From a virus, in the IMG/VR virus record IMGVR_UViG_3300038856_000064, positions 32,001-96,000 of that record: a DNA stretch of 64,000 nt; one strand, 5' to 3'. Positions 44,427-54,674 of the stretch are shown here, in pieces (position 1 is the first letter of the stretch; each line of letters starts with the position of its first letter). A program made the position numbers and the translations under genes. The notes under the pieces were generated by a model that was not told where the DNA came from, did no database searches, and worked only from the letters and a program-made list of their open reading frames with translations.

Positions 44427-45645
44427 TGCTAGCCTCCTGTTTGTCAGCTACTACGCCCTCGATGACCTCTAGCATCTTTGGCCCAATAACTGAATAATCA
44501 AATTCCTTCATATCCGGTGCAGGCTTTAGTTCCTGACGTGCCTCATAAACACTGCGCATCTGGTTCATCATAGAAGATACTGATGGTTCCGCAATCTTAT
44601 CAAAACTCGTATAGAGTTCTGGATCTGCATGTCCTTGTCCCACTAGAGGCTCCATAGAATACCGTACTGGATAAACATTATTTTTAGGAATTTCTCTAAC
44701 TGGATAGTGACCAGGAATCATGCCGGCCTCCCCCTCTGGAATGTCAACGTATTCGGTATCGAATGCAAATTCGCCCATACCGCCCCAGGAGGTAGTGACT
44801 AGCTTATTGCCGTAAGCTAATGCATCGAACGCTGGCAGGCACCACCCCTCTCCGCGACTACTGCATACATAACAGTCTCCAGTCTTGTGAAGTTTTTTAA
44901 CCTGTTCCTCAGTAAGAGTTTTGGTCACGACCATAACTGGCGGATAACCATCAGCGGGTAGTCTCATGCCTTGTTTTGCGCCGTCAATGTATGCGCGCAA
45001 CCTATCACGCTCGCCATTACGATCGCCCCCCATATTGATGTATGTCTTCAGAATTAAGATCACATCTTTGTGGCCATGAAATTCCGTTAGATAAGACCTT
45101 AGTAAAACATCGATTCCCTTCTTGGCAGAAAACTGACTAATGTTATAAAACACGAACTTATCAGTAAGAAATTCTGGATCGGATGTTGCGGAGATCGATT
45201 CAATCCCATCTAGATTATAAGATGAGATGTCGAAAGTGTGCGGCACCTTAAAGGTTGGCACCGTAACACCGGAATCCCTGAATGCCTCCACGCTAGCCTG
45301 GCAAAAAGTAATTACGCCATCAAACTTATTGAGCTTATCAACCCAATACTGTGGAATTCTAGTAGTCTCCCAGGCGACAACAGCAATATTGATCTTGCCG
45401 TCTACGGGGCGCATTTCATTTGGCGTGCAGTGCTGTATAACAACGTCAACGCCGTTAAGGTCTTTTGTAAGCAACTGGCGCTCTAGATCTGTTGGCTTGT
45501 AAGCCGTGCCAGGATCTGCTTGATCATAACGCACAGGACGTACAACTAGATCAACCCCCGCATCGTGTAATGCCTTAATATAGCCCCGAGCAGCGGTTGA
45601 ATACCCGCTAAAGTCTCTAACTGGTCCAATGTATAAAGCTTTCAT
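44419..45645 (-). CDS. Glycosyltransferase family 4
   Basis: SGYSTAAR, AWETT, KKGIDVLL, SRGEGWCLPAFDA. Confidence 0.9.
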   Translation of the reverse strand: MKALYIGPVRDFSGYSTAARGYIKALHDAGVDLVVRPVRYDQADPGTAYKPTDLERQLLTKDLNGVDVVIQHCTPNEMRPVDGKINIAVVAWETTRIPQYWVDKLNKFDGVITFCQASVEAFRDSGVTVPTFKVPHTFDISSYNLDGIESISATSDPEFLTDKFVFYNISQFSAKKGIDVLLRSYLTEFHGHKDVILILKTYINMGGDRNGERDRLRAYIDGAKQGMRLPADGYPPVMVVTKTLTEEQVKKLHKTGDCYVCSSRGEGWCLPAFDALAYGNKLVTTSWGGMGEFAFDTEYVDIPEGEAGMIPGHYPVREIPKNNVYPVRYSMEPLVGQGHADPELYTSFDKIAEPSVSSMMNQMRSVYEARQELKPAPDMKEFDYSVIGPKMLEVIEGVVADKQEASNV

Positions 45646-47519
45646 ACTATCATAGCCTCAAAAGAGTCTCCATTGTCTTGTTCATTAGTACTAGGTGCCA
45701 AAGTCTTACTTCCTGCACGCAAACGCTCTACTTGATTCTGCGCCTCAGCCTGTTGACGGAAGTAGTTTGCGACCTCCTCGCGTGTCTTCTGAGCCGGGAC
45801 TCCACGAGAGAGTTCAACAGCTAGTTTTTGCAACCATGTCCTTCGACCATCCTCATCAATATCGTGCTCACCACTATAGCCTAATAGTTTGGTATAACAC
45901 CAGACAACGAACTCTTCATTCGTCATGCCTGGATCTGGCTGCTGCATATCGATATCAATTAGGCTAACGTCCCTATCCCATGTTTCGTCACGATCAAGTG
46001 GAGTGATGTGATCTAGAATAAATTCCCAAGTCTTCCAGGTCTTATCCCAATCATAGTGTTCTTCGGCACATTCACGAGCCTCTGCCTTCATACGAGATAA
46101 GCGCTCATGATCACCTAGTAACTCGCCCATCTTTTTAGCGCAGTCTTCCATTGATGTGTGTGCTCTCCAACAGGTTGTCTCGGGCTCTTCATAAAGATAT
46201 GCCACGTCCATGACCTCTCCACCCTTATGAACACTATAAGTTTTCTTATTGATGTGATCATAATCTGGAACCCTACCCTTTTCAGAAATGGCGGCATAGT
46301 CTGTCACTAATACAGGAACACCACAGGCTTTGGCTTCTTGTACGGGCATTCCGCAGCCTTCGGCGATACTCATCTGCACCATTAGATCAGCCATACCATA
46401 TACCTCTGCTAGTTGCTCTCTGGTGTATCCCGCTCCAGTGGTCGGAGTGCGGGCGCTTTGCTGTCCACACTTGGGACATCTAATTACGGGATGCTGTCGC
46501 AGATTAATAGACGGTGCGATAAACACATCCCCACACTCTGGATTGTGACACATAAAGGTCGAATTGACCTCACGAATAAATCCCTTTCGTGTAATTGGCA
46601 CACCATGATATCCCGTCTGGATGCGAGCTACGGCTCGCGGAAAATCAATCGACATAGCGTTATCTGGCCATGCCGTATGCATTACCAAAATTGACTTTTG
46701 TACGGTCTCATTATCAGGGAACGCACTCTTCATTAAGGCAAATGAACGTAATACTTCGGAGATACGCTTACGTGCTTGATTACGTTGGACTAATAGAATA
46801 ATAGGAATGTCTGGTCTAAGGCCCCACTTCTTTTTAAGTGCTGCCTTTTCTTCGTCAGAACGCGGACGGAAGGTCTTAAGGTCGACACCTGGACGAAGTG
46901 GAACAGGATGTAGCTTGCCTGGCGCCTTGTCAATTCCAATAAAGCCTGGCTTATCTGGCGGGCTTGTGCGTAGCTCTAGTCGTGGCGAAGATTTTCGTAA
47001 TGAATCAATACCAAAGTCTGAGTATGCCATCACATATGTAGCACTATTGAACGTAGAAATCCACTCCTCTTTTTGAGGAATAGAGTCTACGGTCGGCATG
47101 ATAAGCCAACTAAAGTATTTACGAAATGGGCTACGCTCTTGAAAGGCAAGCATCCACCAGTCACGAATATCGATTACAATATCTGGTCTAAAATCGCTAA
47201 GAACTTTCTCAAACTTCCAGCGACCAAACTGATTAGTATTCTGTCCTGGCTGCGCTGGGTCAGCCTGATTAAAAATCTGCTCCTCTTCCGGAGTCATGGG
47301 TTGATTACCATAAAACTTCCAGCGGCCAGCAACGAAATCTCTTGCGCGAGGATCATCATCCCTAACATACGAACCAAGCTCTGCGATCTCATACTTGCCC
47401 GTTGCGGCTAATCGCGGCAATAACTCTCTATAAATATTGGAGAATCCCGTATTTAGGGACGACGCCTCGCCTACAAACAAGATACGCTTTTTATAATTTT
47501 CCTGATTCTCAATTCCCAT
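45642..47519 (-). CDS. Glycosyltransferase family 4 with Zn-ribbon insert and C-terminal DUF4214-like domain
   Basis: TGFSN, RNQARK, CHNPEC..CPKC, AEGCGMPVQEAKACGVP, NEEFVVWCYTKLLG..DEDGRRTW. Confidence 0.88.
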   Translation of the reverse strand: MGIENQENYKKRILFVGEASSLNTGFSNIYRELLPRLAATGKYEIAELGSYVRDDDPRARDFVAGRWKFYGNQPMTPEEEQIFNQADPAQPGQNTNQFGRWKFEKVLSDFRPDIVIDIRDWWMLAFQERSPFRKYFSWLIMPTVDSIPQKEEWISTFNSATYVMAYSDFGIDSLRKSSPRLELRTSPPDKPGFIGIDKAPGKLHPVPLRPGVDLKTFRPRSDEEKAALKKKWGLRPDIPIILLVQRNQARKRISEVLRSFALMKSAFPDNETVQKSILVMHTAWPDNAMSIDFPRAVARIQTGYHGVPITRKGFIREVNSTFMCHNPECGDVFIAPSINLRQHPVIRCPKCGQQSARTPTTGAGYTREQLAEVYGMADLMVQMSIAEGCGMPVQEAKACGVPVLVTDYAAISEKGRVPDYDHINKKTYSVHKGGEVMDVAYLYEEPETTCWRAHTSMEDCAKKMGELLGDHERLSRMKAEARECAEEHYDWDKTWKTWEFILDHITPLDRDETWDRDVSLIDIDMQQPDPGMTNEEFVVWCYTKLLGYSGEHDIDEDGRRTWLQKLAVELSRGVPAQKTREEVANYFRQQAEAQNQVERLRAGSKTLAPSTNEQDNGDSFEAMIV

Positions 47520-48699
47520 AATCTATCCTTTCGAGCATAATTTCTTCATTATCGTTACGTATAAATCCAACAATTTTATTATTTAAAAAATAAGCTGGAT
47601 AACTTGGCCGCCAATCTAATTTATCAATACCTAAACGCATAATCAATGGAAGCAAGTCTTTTAATGTACATTCTTTTAATACCAATTGAGAATTTTCTAT
47701 ACTAAGATTAAGTTTAGTAATTGGATCATCAGTAGGTATCAAGATCACATAATTATAATTGTTACTTTTATAAAAATGCAATTTCTCTACATGTGTTGAA
47801 TTCTTAAACGAATCCCTCCACTCCCCCATTCCGTCATACTCTACCCATAGTTCATTGGGGACACCCTCTTGGGGTGGAATATAAAAATCGCAAGTCCACT
47901 TACGATCCTTACAGACGCGCTTATGTGGCTCATAATCAATAAAGTTAGTGAATAAAATATTTGCAACATCAGCCTCTAGTGCCGAGTCATACCAATGTCC
48001 GTCTAGAGCTAATTTATGACGACTAGGATCTAGACCCGCTAAACTTAAGGCATTAATAAAAGATCCGAAACGATCAAAATAAGTTTTATCACTCGGTTGA
48101 TCTAGGTCATACTTAGTGACGGTTCGCCCTAGTTGCTCTGATTTTCTACGCAAATATTGCAATAACTCCTCATCTGTATAATGGAATCGATTAGTATACT
48201 TAATATTGGCACAAAGACATGCCTCCTCCCAAGTAGAAAATATTGCATAAAACTTTGTAGAACTCTGTAATAAAGATGTTTTTTCAATATAATCAGTCAT
48301 GCTACTAGGACAAATTTCCCTGATGTCTTGTACAATTCTATCTTTAGTAACTAATAGTCCAGCACGATCCAAGGCTATATTCCATTTATTAAACCTATTA
48401 GAAATAGCGTCTGCGGAATAGTTACCATACTTGGAATATTGCTGCATTGAGGGAGTCTTTCCTAATATACCGGCAACCCTCTTGATGTCGTCTAAATATT
48501 GCTGATCAGAAATGTGGGTTTGCCACGATGGGGCAATATGACAATAACTTGTCAAAAATTGATTCCAGCGAATATCCATCTTGCGCAACATATGCTCGAC
48601 ATTATATTTACCATACTTTTTGTATAGCTTCATAGTTATGCGTCCCCGCTCATGACGAACACTACGTACATCTTCGATAACTTCTTGAAGATCGACCAC
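47509..48699 (-). CDS. Putative homing endonuclease: HNH-associated repeats plus PD-(D/E)xK domain
   Basis: Repeats such as LGKTPS..QY....RFNKWNIALDRAGL and LGRTVT...RFGSFINALSLAGL; DSALE...CDFY...VEYDG; AT-rich. Confidence 0.75.
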   Translation of the reverse strand: MVDLQEVIEDVRSVRHERGRITMKLYKKYGKYNVEHMLRKMDIRWNQFLTSYCHIAPSWQTHISDQQYLDDIKRVAGILGKTPSMQQYSKYGNYSADAISNRFNKWNIALDRAGLLVTKDRIVQDIREICPSSMTDYIEKTSLLQSSTKFYAIFSTWEEACLCANIKYTNRFHYTDEELLQYLRRKSEQLGRTVTKYDLDQPSDKTYFDRFGSFINALSLAGLDPSRHKLALDGHWYDSALEADVANILFTNFIDYEPHKRVCKDRKWTCDFYIPPQEGVPNELWVEYDGMGEWRDSFKNSTHVEKLHFYKSNNYNYVILIPTDDPITKLNLSIENSQLVLKECTLKDLLPLIMRLGIDKLDWRPSYPAYFLNNKIVGFIRNDNEEIMLERIDYGN

Positions 48700-48708
48700 A
48701 AGCAGCCT

Positions 48709-49335
48709 CTAGTTGTCCTGTCCCCAAGACAAAATCTTATCTTTAACAGATGCCTTAATGGCATAAAGAGATGTTCTACTCAACTCCATAGCATCCATAA
48801 TTTCATCTACCGTCTTACTAGTAGTTACAAGATTAACGAATTCCATTTCTGATTCGTCTAATCCAATCTCATCTAGCATACGATGAATGGTGTCCTCGTC
48901 CATACTTAATGCCCCGGCAGGAAGCTCAATACTATCCAAATCTATTGAACCGCCATCTATCAACCCCAAGAGCGCATTAAATGTTGCCTGTGTTCTTATC
49001 CCAAGGCGAGACATGATATCCTTGTCGCTTAACCCGTCAAGCTTTAGCCTTCTTATGGCATTTGCTTGGCGACGCACTCTTTCGTCAGTAGTAAAAACTC
49101 CACTAAACGAATTAGCCTGCTCAAGCAATGCATTACGAACGCACTTGCGTATATAGGATGGAAGAGATCCTAGTGATGGATCATAAGTCTTGAGCGCTAA
49201 GACTAGCGCCATAGCGCCAACCTGCTGTAGGTCTTGTGTATCAACTACTGAGGTATTATTTACTACAATAGAATTAATTAGTGCTCTGATCAAACCACGA
49301 TGCCTCAGGTATGTCTTTTCAGTAGGGTCTTCCAT
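48709..49335 (-). CDS. Phage sigma70-family sigma factor
   Basis: Region 2 QDLQQVGAMALVLALKTYDPSLGSLPSYIRKCVRNAL; region 4-like HTH TVDEIMDAMELSRTS. Confidence 0.85.
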   Translation of the reverse strand: MEDPTEKTYLRHRGLIRALINSIVVNNTSVVDTQDLQQVGAMALVLALKTYDPSLGSLPSYIRKCVRNALLEQANSFSGVFTTDERVRRQANAIRRLKLDGLSDKDIMSRLGIRTQATFNALLGLIDGGSIDLDSIELPAGALSMDEDTIHRMLDEIGLDESEMEFVNLVTTSKTVDEIMDAMELSRTSLYAIKASVKDKILSWGQDN

Positions 49336-49352
49336 CCTATGGTGTAATTGTA

Positions 49353-49745
49353 TCAGAATGGGATGGTTGCTTCCTCAGAGTCGGCAACCTTTCCACTGTT
49401 CGTCTGACCACTTGAGTTGCTTGTCTCCTCATCGGGACGACGAGTGCTAGTGGTCGCCGTGATGCTACTAACGATTAGCTGAAAATGATTAACGCGCTTG
49501 CCATCCTTTTCGTAGCTATCCTGATCTAGATCACCAGTGACAAAAATTCCCATACCTTGTGAAAAATCACGCATGATATCAGCGCGCTTACCCCACGCAA
49601 TACAATCGATAAAGTTTGCCTTACGGTTATCACCGCGCCCACGATTATATGCTACCGAGAAAAGGGCACGCTGCTTATCACCCTCACCAAAAAACTTTGG
49701 GTCGCGAGTTAAACGACCGACTACAAATCCTAGACCTTGATCCAT
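49353..49745 (-). CDS. ssb: Single-stranded DNA-binding protein
   Basis: VGRLTRDP, FSVAYNR, FIDCIAWGKRA, acidic tail ending IPF. Confidence 0.93.
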   Translation of the reverse strand: MDQGLGFVVGRLTRDPKFFGEGDKQRALFSVAYNRGRGDNRKANFIDCIAWGKRADIMRDFSQGMGIFVTGDLDQDSYEKDGKRVNHFQLIVSSITATTSTRRPDEETSNSSGQTNSGKVADSEEATIPF

Positions 49746-49754
49746 TGCTTTCTC

Positions 49755-50261
49755 CTATTGACTTGGTTTTTTAACTGCTAAACATATTCCGGAGGCTCTA
49801 ACCTGAACGAGACTCAAGAAGTCATCTAGTATGCCATCGCTTTCTGCTAGATCAATTAATTGACTAGTTAACGTTCCTCGCTCATCATACAAACTGTATA
49901 ACTTAAGAAGCGAGTCCTGTTGTGCAACAAAGCTCTGAATATCAACTTCGTTACCCTTAAAAGTTGGTGGCAAAAATTGTATATCGGAGATGGTATCTCC
50001 AACATGATTAACGATGGTTAAGTCTCCTTGCTTAACCTCAAGAGTTCTTACTAAACTACTGACGATCATTCGAACGAGATGTTCTGCCGCCAGGTCTGTG
50101 ACCATTATAGGGCCTTCGCTAAAGGATGTCATAAATCCAGTAGCCCCCTCCTCATCAAAGACACACCATTGCAAATCCATTGATTGTTTTTCTTTTTTAT
50201 CCACGATCGCAATCTTAATTGTGCCATGGATACCATCAATAGTTGCGGTGATTTTAGTCAT
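49755..50261 (-). CDS. Hypothetical protein
   Basis: 168 aa, leaderless behind a class B promoter. Confidence 0.65.
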   Translation of the reverse strand: MTKITATIDGIHGTIKIAIVDKKEKQSMDLQWCVFDEEGATGFMTSFSEGPIMVTDLAAEHLVRMIVSSLVRTLEVKQGDLTIVNHVGDTISDIQFLPPTFKGNEVDIQSFVAQQDSLLKLYSLYDERGTLTSQLIDLAESDGILDDFLSLVQVRASGICLAVKKPSQ

Positions 50262-50267
50262 ATATCT

Positions 50268-50295
50268 ATTATGTGTCTAAATGCTAATTCCGTAT
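50268..50295 (-). promoter_or_regulatory. Phage promoter class B, leaderless
   Basis: ATACGGA-N11-GACACATAAT-N6-ATG. Confidence 0.7.
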
Positions 50296-50306
50296 GTCTT
50301 TTTTAC

Positions 50307-50528
50307 TTATTCTTCTGCCACTTGGCGCTCTAGGACAATATACGGAAAATTAAATCCCTGCCAAACAGCCGTCCACCCCTCATCTTTAGATAGCTTGTTA
50401 AGCCAATCAAAGAATCCAGAAGCGCTTAGTGTTGCCGGCTGATCAGGACTCGATAACTGTTGTAGCTGCATTAATTTTTCCTGAACTTCCTTCGGCACCT
50501 CTACCTCTTTATATTCCGTATAACTCAT
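50307..50528 (-). CDS. Hypothetical protein
   Basis: 73 aa, ATGA-coupled to dnaE. Confidence 0.6.
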   Translation of the reverse strand: MSYTEYKEVEVPKEVQEKLMQLQQLSSPDQPATLSASGFFDWLNKLSKDEGWTAVWQGFNFPYIVLERQVAEE

Positions 50529-53500
50529 AACAACCTCATATTTTTAATGATTAACCCACGATCGGACATTGTTCCCTGAACCGATACAATGTCTCCTACG
50601 TCTATCCCCATTGACTTCATCTTGTCATAACTATCTGGAAATACACACGATCCATCTAGACTATAAGTTGAGTCACTGATGGTAACAAATGCCATTTGGC
50701 GGCCTTGCGTCTTGCCACGCTTAACCGTTGTCTCCTTTACGGCCTCAACCACGACGCATAGCTGTACTGGCGCACCAGGCTTTAAGGAACCCGAACCAAC
50801 GTCCCTACAGGTATGTCGTGCTCCGCTCATTGCGCGCTCTAGATCAGCCATACTGCCCGACAGCGTAGCCCCTAAGTATTGCTTCTCCCACATTAGAATC
50901 TGGGCTACTGTATCTCTGAAAGACTCGCCATTAAACTCATCTAGTAGCTCCCTTATCTTTGCTCTGCGTCTTACATTAGGCGGCTTGATATTATTAGCCT
51001 TTCGCTCATCTACCGTAGAGTCATCTGCCAGTGCTCTTAGTCGCTCTTCTAGATCGCCAGTATAATTTACTAGGCTCTCTTTTTCCTTATCTGTGATGGC
51101 GCTCCAAAGTGTATACTGAGCCTTCATGGCACGCCTAGAGATACCGAACTTGTCTAATGCTCCAGCACAAATGAATGCATCTATAACTTGCTTATTCATT
51201 TTGTTTTTATCAGCTAGATTAAGAAACTCAGTGAACGATCCCGCATCCTTACAGGCCAAGATAGACTTTTCAGCAGCCGACCCCACACCCTTTATATGAA
51301 GGAAACCATAAGATATGGTATCAGGACCTGTAATAGAAAAATCCATGTCGCTAGACTCGATACGTGGCGGGGTTACATCGATATCCTTTAATTTGCCATC
51401 GTTTACAAACTGCGCAATAACATCCTGCGGCTTTCGATCTTGACCAGCCTTATCCTTCGCGTGCATTAGGTTAGCACACAAGAACTCAATAAAGTAGTTT
51501 GCCTTTACCCAAGCAGTTCGATATGCCATTACAGCATAACCTACGGCGTGGGATTTGTTGAACCCATATCCAGCTTGCTTTTCAATCCATCCCCAAATCT
51601 CATCGGCCACCTCTTTGGAAACGTTTTTTGTGGCCCCATCCATAAACTCCTTACGCTTCTCTCGCAACTCCTCGGGCTTTTTCTTACCAATAACCTTACG
51701 CACCGCGTCAGCATTCTTAAGGTCCATCCCGGCGATCTTTTGACAGATAGCCATCACCTGTTCTTGAAACAATAAGATGCCCTTAGTGGGTTTCAAAATT
51801 GGCTCTAGGATTGGATTGATATAGCTTGGCTGCTCCTCATTGTTCCTAATTTTGGCATAGGTATCAGCCATCCCCGTATCTAGACAAGACGGCCTGATAA
51901 TTGCTACCAACTCAGCGATCTCATGGACTGACTGTGGCTTACACTTTTTAGACCACGACTTACCCAAATTAGACTCTAGTTGGAATACACCCTGATTATA
52001 GCCATTGGATAATAAGTCAAATACCTTCTTATCATCTAGAGGTAATTCTGATAGGTTATACTCTTTATCGTGACGCCCTTTGATTATTTTTAATGCAGTC
52101 TTTAGGACATCCAGTGTTGCAAGTCCGAGAATGTCAACCTTAAGAAATCCCATGGCATCAATAGAGTCCATGTCCCAACCACAGATAAGGTCATCTTTGT
52201 TAGTTCCCTTAACTAAAGGAATCCCAGCATCGCCAAAATCCTTATCTGAGATAACTACAGCCGCTGCGTGCATACCACTAGTCTTATAGCACCCCTCAAG
52301 TCTCTGCGCAATATCAAAGAGTTCCCTCCATGACGTTGTACGAATTACTCTTCCGCCCCTAACAATATCAAACTTCTTATCATCTTCGGAATATTCCTTC
52401 AATTTAGGAACTGCGGCGATTGCCTCTTTCAAACTAATTGAGCCATGATCTTCGTTTTTAGCAGGGATCAAACCTGCAATAATGTTTTTTGTATTCTCAT
52501 CAATGCCGGCAACCTTAAGTACGTCACGTATTACCTGTTTTGCACCTAGAGATAATAATGTCACGACTTGCGCTACTCGCTCATCACCGAATCGTTCCCT
52601 AATGTAAGCAATAACCTCGCCACGGCGTCCCTTTTCGATGTCAGTATCAATATCTGGCATAGACCCTTTGCGACCGACATTATAAAATCGCTCCCAGATG
52701 AGGTCATACTCCAGGGGATCTAATTGTGTAATGCCCAATAAGTAAGAAACAAACGAGCCAGCGGCTGAACCACGACCAGGACTCATATCAATATCATTGT
52801 CACGGCAATAGTCAGTAATATCAGATACAATTAGAAAATAATCTTCTAGGCCGGCAGACTCGATGTCGGCAAGCTCATGCTTAACTCGCGCAGCATACTC
52901 GCCCTTAGGATCCTTAATATTACGACGCCTCCAACCCTCGCGAAGCTTCTCTTTAAGAAGCTCTATGGATGGCCTTGGGTCATCACTTGGATACTTGGGT
53001 AGTCGCATTTTGTGTAGTTGTAACTCAGCATTACATCTAGATGCTATGACTCTTGTTTGATCAACCTCTTCTGGTAATAGACTAGACTCTTCTAGCCACT
53101 CTTCTCTATTCTTGATATAAAACTCATCAGTCGAGAATCCATGACTTCCTTCTTCTGCTGCTACCTTGCCAAATGCCATAGCCTTTAAAAATGCATGCGC
53201 CTTAGCATCTTCTTTTTTGACATAATGGAAGTCTTGCGTGGCAACTGTCTTAACACCTATCTTTGAGGCCAAATCCCGAATTCTAGGATTAACGATCTTT
53301 TGTTCATCTATGCCACCGTCCTGTACCTCTAGAAAAAGATTATTGGGACCCATGACTTGAACAAGCTTTTGGGCATATTCATATGCCTTGGGTATATTAG
53401 CCGCCTCTTTTAATTGTGACTCCTCACCCTTGCTTTGTGGCCACGTCATCTTATCGAATAGGTGATAGGTGACAGGACCGTTTAGGCATGCAGTAAGGGC

Positions 53501-53896
53501 AATGACGCCCTCCTTATATTGCTCTAGGTCGCTCAGGTCGATACGTGGCTTGTAGTAAGATTTTTGGTTGGCACGAGTAGTTAGACGAATAATATTGTTG
53601 AGCCCCTCTTGATTCTCGGCTAGCAAAACAAGATGATATGCATGCCTTTCTTTGTCTTCATGCCTAAGCGTAAAATAAGCCTCAGTCCCCATGATGGGCT
53701 TAACGTTCTGCTTTTTACACTCTTGATAAAACTCGACCCAACTAAAGATGTTACCATGATTAGTAAGGGCTACGGAATCCATACCTAGCTCCTTAACTCG
53801 TGAGACCATCTCTTTAACTGGTGACATACCATCTAGAAAGGAATGCTGAGAGTGGCAATGCAGCACTACAGGTTGTTTATTTATTCCATCAGTCAT
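50525..53896 (-). CDS. dnaE: DNA polymerase III alpha subunit
   Basis: PHP domain HCHSQHSFLDG, GRGSAAGS, MPDIDTD, KVDILGL, FQLES, GYGFNKSHA, C-terminal OB fold. Confidence 0.97.
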   Translation of the reverse strand: MTDGINKQPVVLHCHSQHSFLDGMSPVKEMVSRVKELGMDSVALTNHGNIFSWVEFYQECKKQNVKPIMGTEAYFTLRHEDKERHAYHLVLLAENQEGLNNIIRLTTRANQKSYYKPRIDLSDLEQYKEGVIALTACLNGPVTYHLFDKMTWPQSKGEESQLKEAANIPKAYEYAQKLVQVMGPNNLFLEVQDGGIDEQKIVNPRIRDLASKIGVKTVATQDFHYVKKEDAKAHAFLKAMAFGKVAAEEGSHGFSTDEFYIKNREEWLEESSLLPEEVDQTRVIASRCNAELQLHKMRLPKYPSDDPRPSIELLKEKLREGWRRRNIKDPKGEYAARVKHELADIESAGLEDYFLIVSDITDYCRDNDIDMSPGRGSAAGSFVSYLLGITQLDPLEYDLIWERFYNVGRKGSMPDIDTDIEKGRRGEVIAYIRERFGDERVAQVVTLLSLGAKQVIRDVLKVAGIDENTKNIIAGLIPAKNEDHGSISLKEAIAAVPKLKEYSEDDKKFDIVRGGRVIRTTSWRELFDIAQRLEGCYKTSGMHAAAVVISDKDFGDAGIPLVKGTNKDDLICGWDMDSIDAMGFLKVDILGLATLDVLKTALKIIKGRHDKEYNLSELPLDDKKVFDLLSNGYNQGVFQLESNLGKSWSKKCKPQSVHEIAELVAIIRPSCLDTGMADTYAKIRNNEEQPSYINPILEPILKPTKGILLFQEQVMAICQKIAGMDLKNADAVRKVIGKKKPEELREKRKEFMDGATKNVSKEVADEIWGWIEKQAGYGFNKSHAVGYAVMAYRTAWVKANYFIEFLCANLMHAKDKAGQDRKPQDVIAQFVNDGKLKDIDVTPPRIESSDMDFSITGPDTISYGFLHIKGVGSAAEKSILACKDAGSFTEFLNLADKNKMNKQVIDAFICAGALDKFGISRRAMKAQYTLWSAITDKEKESLVNYTGDLEERLRALADDSTVDERKANNIKPPNVRRRAKIRELLDEFNGESFRDTVAQILMWEKQYLGATLSGSMADLERAMSGARHTCRDVGSGSLKPGAPVQLCVVVEAVKETTVKRGKTQGRQMAFVTISDSTYSLDGSCVFPDSYDKMKSMGIDVGDIVSVQGTMSDRGLIIKNMRLL

Positions 53897-54278
53897 CTAA
53901 TTTTAGCCTCTTCTCGCTTTGGTCCTTACCATATCCCCTGTGTCTATCCTCTTGCTTGCTACCGCCCATCTGTTTATTGATACGATCTAGCACGCGCTTG
54001 CGATGACGATCTGCCATTTTCTTTTCTAGCTGCTCTTCCTTGCGCTTGGTATGATCTGGGTTCTGTTGCTGCCAACGCTCCATACTGACATAACCCTTCG
54101 CCCCGCCTAGCGCCTCTGGTGCTTTTATTATGTGTCTATATAGCGAAATCGTATTGCATTTTTTGCAACGTTTGCGCTTGAGACGCCCATCCTCATGAAC
54201 GTACTTGTCATAATCATTTGCGGAAAAAACTTCTACTCTCTCTTCTCCGCACTCAACGCATTTAAAATCGTAAAGCAT
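53889..54278 (-). CDS. FmdB-like Zn-ribbon protein
   Basis: YDFKCVECG...CKKC. Confidence 0.7.
   Translation of the reverse strand: MLYDFKCVECGEERVEVFSANDYDKYVHEDGRLKRKRCKKCNTISLYRHIIKAPEALGGAKGYVSMERWQQQNPDHTKRKEEQLEKKMADRHRKRVLDRINKQMGGSKQEDRHRGYGKDQSEKRLKLDD
54127..54154 (-). promoter_or_regulatory. Intragenic class B promoter upstream of dnaE
   Basis: ATACGAT-N11-GACACATAAT, about 230 nt before the dnaE start. Confidence 0.55.
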
Positions 54279-54673
54279 TAATCCTCAACCATAAATCGAT
54301 AAATATTACCATATGCACGAGCAAATAGATCGCCATGATCCTTGCTTTCTTTTTGCCACGTTATGGCATGTGCCCACTCGTGTATCAGGGTGTCAAACAT
54401 CTTATTCCATGATGCGCCCTTATGAAGCTCTATCAAGAAGTATCTTCTGCCATCAGATTTTGGAGTATCCGCATTGACTAAACTACAATACCCCCATGGG
54501 GCGTCTTTATAGCCGCCACGCTTCATTATCTCTGTAGGTCTGCGACGTATCTTAACTGGATACTCAGGTGGAAAATTTTCTCTCAACAACTTTAAAGCTA
54601 ATCGAAACTTCTTTTCTACCGTTAAGTCGTAAGGCTGACCCTGTAAATATTTACAACGCAAGTCTTCATCCAT
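54278..54673 (-). CDS. Small HExxH zincin-like metallopeptidase (SprT/IrrE-like)
   Basis: DTLIHEWAHA...DHGDLF. Confidence 0.7.
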   Translation of the reverse strand: MDEDLRCKYLQGQPYDLTVEKKFRLALKLLRENFPPEYPVKIRRRPTEIMKRGGYKDAPWGYCSLVNADTPKSDGRRYFLIELHKGASWNKMFDTLIHEWAHAITWQKESKDHGDLFARAYGNIYRFMVED

Positions 54674-54674
54674 T

